64,000 nucleotides of DNA from the human T2T-CHM13v2.0 reference genome, Homo sapiens: NCBI RefSeq assembly GCF_009914755.1, contig NC_060941.1. One strand, written 5' to 3'. Positions 1 through 11,400 of this stretch are shown here, one piece after another. The notes below the pieces were generated by a model that saw nothing but the letters and a program-made list of their open reading frames with translations, was not told where the DNA came from and made no database searches. Numbering within the stretch: the stretch's first letter is position 1; each line of letters starts with the position of its first letter. Made by a program: the position numbers and the translations under genes.

Positions 1-339
1 CTTTGGAAACGGGAATATCTTCACATAAAAACTAAACAGAAGCATTCTCAGAAACTTCTCTGTGATGTTTGTGTTCAACTCCCAGAGTTTCACATTGCTT
101 TTCATAGAGTAGTTCTGAAACATGCTTTTCGTAGTGTCTGCAAGTGGACATTTGGAGCGCTTTCAGGCCTGTGGTGGAAAACGAATTATGGTCCCATAAA
201 AACTGGAGAGAAGCATTGTCAGAAACTTCTTTGTGATGATTGCATTCAACTCACAGAGATGAAGGTTCCTTTACAAACAGCAGTTTCCAAACACTCTTTC
301 TGTGGAATCTGCAAGTGGATATTTGGACCTCTTTGAAGA

Positions 340-356
340 TTTCGTTGGAAACGGGA
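340..356 (+). promoter_or_regulatory. CENP-B box (canonical); recurs in each HOR
   Basis: TTTCGTTGGAAACGGGA matches the essential pattern NTTCGNNNNANNCGGGN. Confidence 0.92.
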
Positions 357-852
357 GAATCTTCACAGAAAAGCTAAACAGAAGCATTCTCAGAAACTTC
401 TTTGTGATGCTTGCATTCAACTCACAGAGTTGAACTTTCCTTTCGAGAGAGAAGCTTTGAAACACTCTTTTTCCAGAATCTGCAAGTGGACATTTGGAGG
501 GCTTTGAGGCCTGTGGTGGAAAAGGAATTAACTTCCCGTAAAAGCTAGATAGAAGCATTCTCAGAAACTACTTTGTGACGATTGCATTCAAGTCACAGAG
601 TTGAACATTCCCTTTGACAGAGCAGTTTGGAAACTCTCTTTGTGTAGAATCTGCAAGTGGAGATATGGACCGCTTTGAGGCCTATGGTAGTAAAGGTAAT
701 AGCTTCATATGAAAGCTAGACAGTAGCATTCACAGAAAACTCTTGGTGACGACTGAGTTTAACTCACAGAGCTGAACATTCCTTTGGATGGAGCAGTTTC
801 GAAACACACTATTTGTAGAATGTGCAAGTGGATATTTGGGCCTCTCTGAGGA

Positions 853-869
853 TTTCGTTGGAAACGGGA
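853..869 (+). promoter_or_regulatory. CENP-B box (canonical), first copy in the triplicated segment
   Basis: TTTCGTTGGAAACGGGA. Confidence 0.92.
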
Positions 870-1019
870 TAAACCGCACAGAACTAAACAGAAGCATTCT
901 CAGAACCTTCTTCGTGATGTTTGCATTCAACTCACAGTGTTGAACCTTTCTTTGATAGTTCAGGTTTGAAACGGTCTTTCTGTAGAAACTGCAAGTAGAT
1001 ATTTGGACCTCTCTGAGGA

Positions 1020-1036
1020 TTTCGTTGGAAACGGGA
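1020..1036 (+). promoter_or_regulatory. CENP-B box (canonical), second copy in the triplicated segment
   Basis: TTTCGTTGGAAACGGGA. Confidence 0.92.
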
Positions 1037-1187
1037 TAAACCGCACAGAACTAAAACAGAAGCATTCTCAGAACCCTCTTCGTGATGTTTGCATTCAACT
1101 CACAGTGCTGAACCTTTCTTTGATAGTTCAGCTTTGAAACACTCTTCTTGTAGAAACTGCAAGTGGATATTTGGTCCTCTCTGAGGA

Positions 1188-1204
1188 TTTCGTTGGAAAC
1201 GGGA
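1188..1204 (+). promoter_or_regulatory. CENP-B box (canonical), third copy in the triplicated segment
   Basis: TTTCGTTGGAAACGGGA. Confidence 0.92.
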
Positions 1205-1525
1205 TAAACCGCACAGAACTAAACAGAAGCATTCTCAGAACCTTCTTCGTGATGTCTGCATTCAACTCACAGTGTGGAACCTTTCTTTGATAGTTCAGGT
1301 TTGAAACACTCTTTTTGTAGAAACTGCAAGGGGATAATTGCACTTCTTTGAGGCCTACCGTAGTAAAGGAAATAACTTCCTATAGAAAGAAGACAGAAGC
1401 TTTCTCAGAAAATCCTTTGGGATGATTGAGTGGAACTCACAGAGCTGAACATTCCTTGCGATGTAGCAGTTTAGAAACACACTTTCTGCAGAATCTGCAA
1501 GTGCATATTTGGACCTCTCTGAGGA

Positions 1526-1542
1526 ATTCGTTGGAAACGGGA
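1526..1542 (+). promoter_or_regulatory. CENP-B box overlapping the EcoRI site
   Basis: ATTCGTTGGAAACGGGA; all nine essential positions are intact. Confidence 0.9.
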
Positions 1543-1862
1543 TAATTTCAGCTGACTAAACAGAAGCAGTCTCAGAATCTTCTTTGTGATGTTTGCATTC
1601 AAATCCCAGAGTTGAACTTCCCTTTCAAAGTTCACGTTTGAAACACTCTTTTTGCAGGATCTACAAGTGGATATTTGGACCACTCTGTGTCCTTCATTCG
1701 AAACGGGTATATCTTCACATGACATCTAGACAGAAGCATTCTCAGAAGCTTCTCTGTGATGACTGCATTCAACTCACGGAGTTGAACACTCCTTTTGAGA
1801 GCGCAGTTTTGAAACTCTCTTTCTGTGGCATCTGCAAGGGGACATGTAGACCTCTTTGAAGA

Positions 1863-1879
1863 TTTCGTTGGAAACGGAA
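1863..1879 (+). other. Degenerate CENP-B box fixed in all HOR copies
   Basis: TTTCGTTGGAAACGGAA: CGGA replaces the essential CGGG. Confidence 0.8.
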
Positions 1880-2375
1880 TCATCTTCACATAAAAACTAT
1901 ACAGATGCATTCTCAGGAACTTTTTGGTGATGTTTGTATTCAACTCCCAGAGTTGAACTTTCCTTTGGAAAGAGCAGCTATGAAACACTCTTTTTCTAGA
2001 ATCTGCAAGTGGACGTTTGGAGGGCTTTGTGGTTTGTGGTGGAAAAGGAAATATCTTCACCTAAATACTAGATAGAAGCATTCTCAGAAACTGCTTTGTG
2101 ATGATTGCATTCACCTCACAGAGTTGAACATTCCTATTGATAGAGCAGTTTGGAAACACTCTTGTTGTGGAATGTGCAAGTGGAGATTTGGAGCGCTTTG
2201 AGGCCTATGGTAGTAAAGGGAATAGCTTCATAGAAAAACTAGACAGAAGCATTCTCAGAAAATACTTTGTGATGATTGAGTTTAACTCACAGAGCTGAAC
2301 ATTCCTTTGGATGGAGCAGGTTTGAGACACACTTTTTGTAGAATCTACAAGTGGATATTTGGACCTCTCTGAGGA

Positions 2376-2392
2376 TTTCGTTGGAAACGCGA
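2376..2392 (+). other. Degenerate CENP-B box fixed in all HOR copies
   Basis: TTTCGTTGGAAACGCGA: CGCG replaces CGGG. Confidence 0.8.
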
Positions 2393-2541
2393 TAACTGCA
2401 CCTAACTAAACGGAAGCATTCTCAGAAACTTCTTGGTGATGTCTGCATTCAAATCCCAGAGTTGAACCTTCCTGTGATAGTTCAGGTTTGAAACACTCTT
2501 TTTGTAGGATCTGCAAGTGGATATTTGGACCACTCTGTGGC

Positions 2542-2558
2542 CTTCGTTCGAAACGGGT
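2542..2558 (+). promoter_or_regulatory. CENP-B box (TTCGAA variant)
   Basis: CTTCGTTCGAAACGGGT fits NTTCGNNNNANNCGGGN. Confidence 0.85.
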
Positions 2559-4406
2559 ACATCTTCACATAAAATCTAGACAGAAGCCTTCTCAGAAACT
2601 TCTCTGTGATGATTGCATTCAACTCACAGATTTGAACCCTCCTATGGATAGAGCATTGTTGAAACTCTCTTTTTGTGGAATCTGCAAGTGGATATGTGGA
2701 CCTCTCCGAAGATGTCTTTGGAAACGAGAATATCTTCACATAAAAACTAAACAGAAGCATTCTCAGAAACTTCTCTGTGATGTTTGTGTTCAACTCCCAG
2801 AGTTTCACATTGCTTTTCATAGAGTAGTTCTGAAACATGCTTTTCGTAGTGTCTGCAAGTGGACATTTGGAGCGCTTTCAGGCCTGTGGTGGAAAACGAA
2901 TTATGGTCCCATAAAAACTGGAGAGAAGCATTGTCAGAAACTTCTTTGTGATGATTGCATTCAACTCACAGAGATGAAGGTTCCTTTACAAACAGCAGTT
3001 TCCAAACACTCTTTCTGTGGAATCTGCAAGTGGATATTTGGACCTCTTTGAAGATTTCGTTGGAAACGGGAGAATCTTCACAGAAAAGCTAAACAGAAGC
3101 ATTCTCAGAAACTTCTTTGTGATGCTTGCATTCAACTCACAGAGTTGAACTTTCCTTTCGAGAGAGAAGCTTTGAAACACTCTTTTTCCAGAATCTGCAA
3201 GTGGACATTTGGAGGGCTTTGAGGCCTGTGGTGGAAAAGGAATTAACTTCCCGTAAAAGCTAGATAGAAGCATTCTCAGAAACTACTTTGTGACGATTGC
3301 ATTCAAGTCACAGAGTTGAACATTCCCTTTGACAGAGCAGTTTGGAAACTCTCTTTGTGTAGAATCTGCAAGTGGAGATATGGACCGCTTTGAGGCCTAT
3401 GGTAGTAAAGGTAATAGCTTCATATGAAAGCTAGACAGTAGCATTCACAGAAAACTCTTGGTGACGACTGAGTTTAACTCACAGAGCTGAACATTCCTTT
3501 GGATGGAGCAGTTTCGAAACACACTATTTGTAGAATGTGCAAGTGGATATTTGGGCCTCTCTGAGGATTTCGTTGGAAACGGGATAAACCGCACAGAACT
3601 AAACAGAAGCATTCTCAGAACCTTCTTCGTGATGTTTGCATTCAACTCACAGTGTTGAACCTTTCTTTGATAGTTCAGGTTTGAAACGGTCTTTCTGTAG
3701 AAACTGCAAGTAGATATTTGGACCTCTCTGAGGATTTCGTTGGAAACGGGATAAACCGCACAGAACTAAAACAGAAGCATTCTCAGAACCCTCTTCGTGA
3801 TGTTTGCATTCAACTCACAGTGCTGAACCTTTCTTTGATAGTTCAGCTTTGAAACACTCTTCTTGTAGAAACTGCAAGTGGATATTTGGTCCTCTCTGAG
3901 GATTTCGTTGGAAACGGGATAAACCGCACAGAACTAAACAGAAGCATTCTCAGAACCTTCTTCGTGATGTCTGCATTCAACTCACAGTGTGGAACCTTTC
4001 TTTGATAGTTCAGGTTTGAAACACTCTTTTTGTAGAAACTGCAAGGGGATAATTGCACTTCTTTGAGGCCTACCGTAGTAAAGGAAATAACTTCCTATAG
4101 AAAGAAGACAGAAGCTTTCTCAGAAAATCCTTTGGGATGATTGAGTGGAACTCACAGAGCTGAACATTCCTTGCGATGTAGCAGTTTAGAAACACACTTT
4201 CTGCAGAATCTGCAAGTGCATATGTGGACCTCTCTGAGGAATTCGTTGGAAACGGGATAATTTCAGCTGACTAAACAGAAGCAGTCTCAGAATCTTCTTT
4301 GTGATGTTTGCATTCAAATCCCAGAGTTGAACTTCCCTTTCAAAGTTCACGTTTGAAACACTCTTTTTGCAGGATCTACAAGTGGATATTTGGACCACTC
4401 TGTGTC

Positions 4407-4423
4407 CTTCGTTCGAAACGGGT
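4407..4423 (+). promoter_or_regulatory. CENP-B box (TTCGAA variant); the homologous box in U1 at 1692-1708 is mutated
   Basis: CTTCGTTCGAAACGGGT here; CTTCATTCGAAACGGGT in U1. Confidence 0.85.
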
Positions 4424-5427
4424 ATATCTTCACATGACATCTAGACAGAAGCATTCTCAGAAGCTTCTCTGTGATGACTGCATTCAACTCACGGAGTTGA
4501 ACACTCCTTTTGAGAGCGCAGTTTTGAAACTCTCTTTCTGTGGCATCTGCAAGGGGACATGTAGACCTCTTTGAAGATTTCGTTGGAAACGGAATCATCT
4601 TCACATAAAAACTATACAGATGCATTCTCAGGAACTTTTTGGTGATGTTTGTATTCAACTCCCAGAGTTGAACTTTCCTTTGGAAAGAGCAGCTATGAAA
4701 CACTCTTTTTCTAGAATCTGCAAGTGGACGTTTGGAGGGCTTTGTGGTTTGTGGTGGAAAAGGAAATATCTTCACCTAAATACTAGATAGAAGCATTCTC
4801 AGAAACTGCTTTGTGATGATTGCATTCACCTCACAGAGTTGAACATTCCTATTGATAGAGCAGTTTGGAAACACTCTTGTTGTGGAATGTGCAAGTGGAG
4901 ATTTGGAGCGCTTTGAGGCCTATGGTAGTAAAGGGAATAGCTTCATAGAAAAACTAGACAGAAGCATTCTCAGAAAATACTTTGTGATGATTGAGTTTAA
5001 CTCACAGAGCTGAACATTCCTTTGGATGGAGCAGGTTTGAGACACACTTTTTGTAGAATCTACAAGTGGATATTTGGACCTCTCTGAGGATTTCGTTGGA
5101 AACGCGATAACTGCACCTAACTAAACGGAAGCATTCTCAGAAACTTCTTGGTGATGTTTGCATTCAAATCCCAGAGTTGAACCTTCCTGTGATAGTTCAG
5201 GTTTGAAACACTCTTTTTGTAGGATCTGCAAGTGGATATTTGGACCACTCTGTGGCCTTCGTTCGAAACGGGTACATCTTCACATAAAATCTAGACAGAA
5301 GCCTTCTCAGAAACTTCTCTGTGATGATTGCATTCAACTCACAGATTTGAACCCTCCTATGGATAGAGCATTGTTGAAACTCTCTTTTTGTGGAATCTGC
5401 AAGTGGATATGTGGACCTCTCCGAAGA

Positions 5428-5444
5428 TGTCTTTGGAAACGGGA
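5428..5444 (+). other. Degenerate CENP-B box fixed in all HOR copies
   Basis: TGTCTTTGGAAACGGGA: the TTCG half is lost. Confidence 0.8.
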
Positions 5445-8400
5445 ATATCTTCACATAAAAACTAAACAGAAGCATTCTCAGAAACTTCTCTGTGATGTTT
5501 GTGTTCAACTCCCAGAGTTTCACATTGCTTTTCATAGAGTAGTTCTGAAACATGCTTTTCGTAGTGTCTGCAAGTGGACATTTGGAGCGCTTTCAGGCCT
5601 GTGGTGGAAAACGAATTATGGTCCCATAAAAACTGGAGAGAAGCATTGTCAGAAACTTCTTTGTGATGATTGCATTCAACTCACAGAGATGAAGGTTCCT
5701 TTACAAACAGCAGTTTCCAAACACTCTTTCTGTGGAATCTGCAAGTGGATATTTGGACCTCTTTGAAGATTTCGTTGGAAACGGGAGAATCTTCACAGAA
5801 AAGCTAAACAGAAGCATTCTCAGAAACTTCTTTGTGATGCTTGCATTCAACTCACAGAGTTGAACTTTCCTTTCGAGAGAGAAGCTTTGAAACACTCTTT
5901 TTCCAGAATCTGCAAGTGGACATTTGGAGGGCTTTGAGGCCTGTGGTGGAAAAGGAATTAACTTCCCGTAAAAGCTAGATAGAAGCATTCTCAGAAACTA
6001 CTTTGTGACGATTGCATTCAAGTCACAGAGTTGAACATTCCCTTTGACAGAGCAGTTTGGAAACTCTCTTTGTGTAGAATCTGCAAGTGGAGATATGGAC
6101 CGCTTTGAGGCCTATGGTAGTAAAGGTAATAGCTTCATATGAAAGCTAGACAGTAGCATTCACAGAAAACTCTTGGTGACGACTGAGTTTAACTCACAGA
6201 GCTGAACATTCCTTTGGATGGAGCAGTTTCGAAACACACTATTTGTAGAATGTGCAAGTGGATATTTGGGCCTCTCTGAGGATTTCGTTGGAAACGGGAT
6301 AAACCGCACAGAACTAAACAGAAGCATTCTCAGAACCTTCTTCGTGATGTTTGCATTCAACTCACAGTGTTGAACCTTTCTTTGATAGTTCAGGTTTGAA
6401 ACGGTCTTTCTGTAGAAACTGCAAGTAGATATTTGGACCTCTCTGAGGATTTCGTTGGAAACGGGATAAACCGCACAGAACTAAAACAGAAGCATTCTCA
6501 GAACCCTCTTCGTGATGTTTGCATTCAACTCACAGTGCTGAACCTTTCTTTGATAGTTCAGCTTTGAAACACTCTTCTTGTAGAAACTGCAAGTGGATAT
6601 TTGGTCCTCTCTGAGGATTTCGTTGGAAACGGGATAAACCGCACAGAACTAAACAGAAGCATTCTCAGAACCTTCTTCGTGATGTCTGCATTCAACTCAC
6701 AGTGTGGAACCTTTCTTTGATAGTTCAGGTTTGAAACACTCTTTTTGTAGAAACTGCAAGGGGATAATTGCACTTCTTTGAGGCCTACCGTAGTAAAGGA
6801 AATAACTTCCTATAGAAAGAAGACAGAAGCTTTCTCAGAAAATCCTTTGGGATGATTGAGTGGAACTCACAGAGCTGAACATTCCTTGCGATGTAGCAGT
6901 TTAGAAACACACTTTCTGCAGAATCTGCAAGTGCATATGTGGACCTCTCCGAGGAATTCGTTGGAAACGGGATAATTTCAGCTGACTAAACAGAAGCAGT
7001 CTCAGAATCTTCTTTGTGATGTTTGCATTCAAATCCCAGAGTTGAACTTCCCTTTCAAAGTTCACGTTTGAAACACTCTTTTTGCAGGATCTACAAGTGG
7101 ATATTTGGACCACTCTGTGTCCTTCGTTCGAAACGGGTATATCTTCACATGACATCTAGACAGAAGCATTCTCAGAAGCTTCTCTGTGATGACTGCATTC
7201 AACTCACGGAGTTGAACACTCCTTTTGAGAGCGCAGTTTTGAAACTCTCTTTCTGTGGCATCTGCAAGGGGACATGTAGACCTCTTTGAAGATTTCGTTG
7301 GAAACGGAATCATCTTCACATAAAAACTATACAGATGCATTCTCAGGAACTTTTTGGTGATGTTTGTATTCAACTCCCAGAGTTGAACTTTCCTTTGGAA
7401 AGAGCAGCTATGAAACACTCTTTTTCTAGAATCTGCAAGTGGACGTTTGGAGGGCTTTGTGGTTTGTGGTGGAAAAGGAAATATCTTCACCTAAATACTA
7501 GATAGAAGCATTCTCAGAAACTGCTTTGTGATGATTGCATTCACCTCACAGAGTTGAACATTCCTATTGATAGAGCAGTTTGGAAACACTCTTGTTGTGG
7601 AATGTGCAAGTGGAGATTTGGAGCGCTTTGAGGCCTATGGTAGTAAAGGGAATAGCTTCATAGAAAAACTAGACAGAAGCATTCTCAGAAAATACTTTGT
7701 GATGATTGAGTTTAACTCACAGAGCTGAACATTCCTTTGGATGGAGCAGGTTTGAGACACACTTTTTGTAGAATCTACAAGTGGATATTTGGACCTCTCT
7801 GAGGATTTCGTTGGAAACGCGATAACTGCACCTAACTAAACGGAAGCATTCTCAGAAACTTCTTGGTGATGTTTGCATTCAAATCCCAGAGTTGAACCTT
7901 CCTGTGATAGTTCAGGTTTGAAACACTCTTTTTGTAGGATCTGCAAGTGGATATTTGGACCACTCTGTGGCCTTCGTTCGAAACGGGTACATCTTCACAT
8001 AAAATCTAGACAGAAGCCTTCTCAGAAACTTCTCTGTGATGATTGCATTCAACTCACAGATTTGAACCCTCCTATGGATAGAGCATTGTTGAAACTCTCT
8101 TTTTGTGGAATCTGCAAGTGGATATGTGGACCTCTCCGAAGATGTCTTTGGAAACGGGAATATCTTCACATAAAAACTAAACAGAAGCATTCTCAGAAAC
8201 TTCTCTGTGATGTTTGTGTTCAACTCCCAGAGTTTCACATTGCTTTTCATAGAGTAGTTCTGAAACATGCTTTTCGTAGTGTCTGCAAGTGGACATTTGG
8301 AGCGCTTTCAGGCCTGTGGTGGAAAACGAATTATGGTCCCATAAAAACTGGAGAGAAGCATTGTCAGAAACTTCTTTGTGATGATTGCATTCAACTCACA

Positions 8401-11400
8401 GAGATGAAGGTTCCTTTACAAACAGCAGTTTCCAAACACTCTTTCTGTGGAATCTGCAAGTGGATATTTGGACCTCTTTGAAGATTTCGTTGGAAACGGG
8501 AGAATCTTCACAGAAAAGCTAAACAGAAGCATTCTCAGAAACTTCTTTGTGATGCTTGCATTCAACTCACAGAGTTGAACTTTCCTTTCGAGAGAGAAGC
8601 TTTGAAACACTCTTTTTCCAGAATCTGCAAGTGGACATTTGGAGGGCTTTGAGGCCTGTGGTGGAAAAGGAATTAACTTCCCGTAAAAGCTAGATAGAAG
8701 CATTCTCAGAAACTACTTTGTGACGATTGCATTCAAGTCACAGAGTTGAACATTCCCTTTGACAGAGCAGTTTGGAAACTCTCTTTGTGTAGAATCTGCA
8801 AGTGGAGATATGGACCGCTTTGAGGCCTATGGTAGTAAAGGTAATAGCTTCATATGAAAGCTAGACAGTAGCATTCACAGAAAACTCTTGGTGACGACTG
8901 AGTTTAACTCACAGAGCTGAACATTCCTTTGGATGGAGCAGTTTCGAAACACACTATTTGTAGAATGTGCAAGTGGATATTTGGGCCTCTCTGAGGATTT
9001 CGTTGGAAACGGGATAAACCGCACAGAACTAAACAGAAGCATTCTCAGAACCTTCTTCGTGATGTTTGCATTCAACTCACAGTGTTGAACCTTTCTTTGA
9101 TAGTTCAGGTTTGAAACGGTCTTTCTGTAGAAACTGCAAGTAGATATTTGGACCTCTCTGAGGATTTCGTTGGAAACGGGATAAACCGCACAGAACTAAA
9201 ACAGAAGCATTCTCAGAACCCTCTTCGTGATGTTTGCATTCAACTCACAGTGCTGAACCTTTCTTTGATAGTTCAGCTTTGAAACACTCTTCTTGTAGAA
9301 ACTGCAAGTGGATATTTGGTCCTCTCTGAGGATTTCGTTGGAAACGGGATAAACCGCACAGAACTAAACAGAAGCATTCTCAGAACCTTCTTCGTGATGT
9401 CTGCATTCAACTCACATTGTGGAACCTTTCTTTGATAGTTCAGGTTTGAAACACTCTTTTTGTAGAAACTGCAAGGGGATAATTGCACTTCTTTGAGGCC
9501 TACCGTAGTAAAGGAAATAACTTCCTATAGAAAGAAGACAGAAGCTTTCTCAGAAAATCCTTTGGGATGATTGAGTGGAACTCACAGAGCTGAACATTCC
9601 TTGCGATGTAGCAGTTTAGAAACACACTTTCTGCAGAATCTGCAAGTGCATATGTGGACCTCTCTGAGGAATTCGTTGGAAACGGGATAATTTCAGCTGA
9701 CTAAACAGAAGCAGTCTCAGAATCTTCTTTGTGATGTTTGCATTCAAATCCCAGAGTTGAACTTCCCTTTCAAAGTTCACGTTTGAAACACTCTTTTTGC
9801 AGGATCTACAAGTGGATATTTGGACCACTCTGTGTCCTTCGTTCGAAACGGGTATATCTTCACATGACATCTAGACAGAAGCATTCTCAGAAGCTTCTCT
9901 GTGATGACTGCATTCAACTCACGGAGTTGAACACTCCTTTTGAGAGCGCAGTTTTGAAACTCTCTTTCTGTGGCATCTGCAAGGGGACATGTAGACCTCT
10001 TTGAAGATTTCGTTGGAAACGGAATCATCTTCACATAAAAACTATACAGATGCATTCTCAGGAACTTTTTGGTGATGTTTGTATTCAACTCCCAGAGTTG
10101 AACTTTCCTTTGGAAAGAGCAGCTATGAAACACTCTTTTTCTAGAATCTGCAAGTGGACGTTTGGAGGGCTTTGTGGTTTGTGGTGGAAAAGGAAATATC
10201 TTCACCTAAATACTAGATAGAAGCATTCTCAGAAACTGCTTTGTGATGATTGCATTCACCTCACAGAGTTGAACATTCCTATTGATAGAGCAGTTTGGAA
10301 ACACTCTTGTTGTGGAATGTGCAAGTGGAGATTTGGAGCGCTTTGAGGCCTATGGTAGTAAAGGGAATAGCTTCATAGAAAAACTAGACAGAAGCATTCT
10401 CAGAAAATACTTTGTGATGATTGAGTTTAACTCACAGAGCTGAACATTCCTTTGGATGGAGCAGGTTTGAGACACACTTTTTGTAGAATCTACAAGTGGA
10501 TATTTGGACCTCTCTGAGGATTTCGTTGGAAACGCGATAACTGCACCTAACTAAACGGAAGCATTCTCAGAAACTTCTTGGTGATGTTTGCATTCAAATC
10601 CCAGAGTTGAACCTTCCTGTGATAGTTCAGGTTTGAAACACTCTTTTTGTAGGATCTGCAAGTGGATATTTGGACCACTCTGTGGCCTTCGTTCGAAACG
10701 GGTACATCTTCACATAAAATCTAGACAGAAGCCTTCTCAGAAACTTCTCTGTGATGATTGCATTCAACTCACAGATTTGAACCCTCCTATGGATAGAGCA
10801 TTGTTGAAACTCTCTTTTTGTGGAATCTGCAAGTGGATATGTGGACCTCTCCGAAGATGTCTTTGGAAACGGGAATATCTTCACATAAAAACTAAACAGA
10901 AGCATTCTCAGAAACTTCTCTGTGATGTTTGTGTTCAACTCCCAGAGTTTCACATTGCTTTTCATAGAGTAGTTCTGAAACATGCTTTTCGTAGTGTCTG
11001 CAAGTGGACATTTGGAGCGCTTTCAGGCCTGTGGTGGAAAACGAATTATGGTCCCATAAAAACTGGAGAGAAGCATTGTCAGAAACTTCTTTGTGATGAT
11101 TGCATTCAACTCACAGAGATGAAGGTTCCTTTACAAACAGCAGTTTCCAAACACTCTTTCTGTGGAATCTGCAAGTGGATATTTGGACCTCTTTGAAGAT
11201 TTCGTTGGAAACGGGAGAATCTTCACAGAAAAGCTAAACAGAAGCATTCTCAGAAACTTCTTTGTGATGCTTGCATTCAACTCACAGAGTTGAACTTTCC
11301 TTTCGAGAGAGAAGCTTTGAAACACTCTTTTTCCAGAATCTGCAAGTGGACATTTGGAGGGCTTTGAGGCCTGTGGTGGAAAAGGAATTAACTTCCCGTA

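Larger units (their letters stand above)
841..1330 (+). repeat. Internal tandem triplication of one monomer-length segment (167-168 bp), present in every HOR copy
   Basis: Three near-identical copies of CCTCTCTGAGGATTTCGTTGGAAACGGGATAAACCGCACAGAACTAAA...GTAGAAACTGCAAG starting at about 841, 1008 and 1176. They are far more similar to each other than to other monomers. Confidence 0.92.
1400..2249 (+). repeat. Intact SF3 pentamer block (B-B-B-A-A; W1-W5-like), 850 bp
   Basis: Monomers 850 bp apart share diagnostic sequence; for example 1567 and 2417 both carry CATTCAAATCCCAGAG...GGACCACTCTGTG.CCTTC.TTCGAAACGGGTA. The W1-W5 labels are inferred from the known SF3 B-B-B-A-A pattern. Confidence 0.8.
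43..2757 (+). repeat. One complete HOR unit resolved into 16 monomers
   Basis: Monomer starts (CATTCTCAG-like motif) at 43, 214, 385, 556, 727, 895, 1063, 1230, 1400, 1567, 1737, 1908, 2079, 2250, 2417, 2587; the next unit starts at 2758. Lengths are 167-171 bp. Ten monomers are B-type (CENP-B box or degenerate box). Six are A-type (43, 385, 556, 1230, 1908, 2079), with TGTGGTGGAAAA or TAGTAAAGG at the box position. Confidence 0.93.
1524..4238 (+). repeat. EcoRI-defined 2715-bp HOR unit (p17H8-equivalent register)
   Basis: GAATTC at 1524-1529 and 4239-4244. There are 24 homologous positions in the window; 23 are intact and the one at 25959 is mutated. Confidence 0.9.

Noticed and set aside
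796-805. Perfect 10-bp palindrome GTTTCGAAAC once per HOR
   Set aside because: It is one substitution from the common GTTTGGAAAC motif, too short to argue for a cruciform, and short dyads in alpha satellite are already known.
5158-5766. 202-aa + strand ORF (and its copies) with periodic CxxCKW / H / C residues that superficially resemble a zinc-finger protein
   Set aside because: The periodicity arises because 171 bp equals 57 codons. The ORF starts at TTG, lies wholly in satellite DNA, lacks C2H2 spacing and TGEKPY linkers, and is frameshifted in U11/U12. No evidence of coding function.
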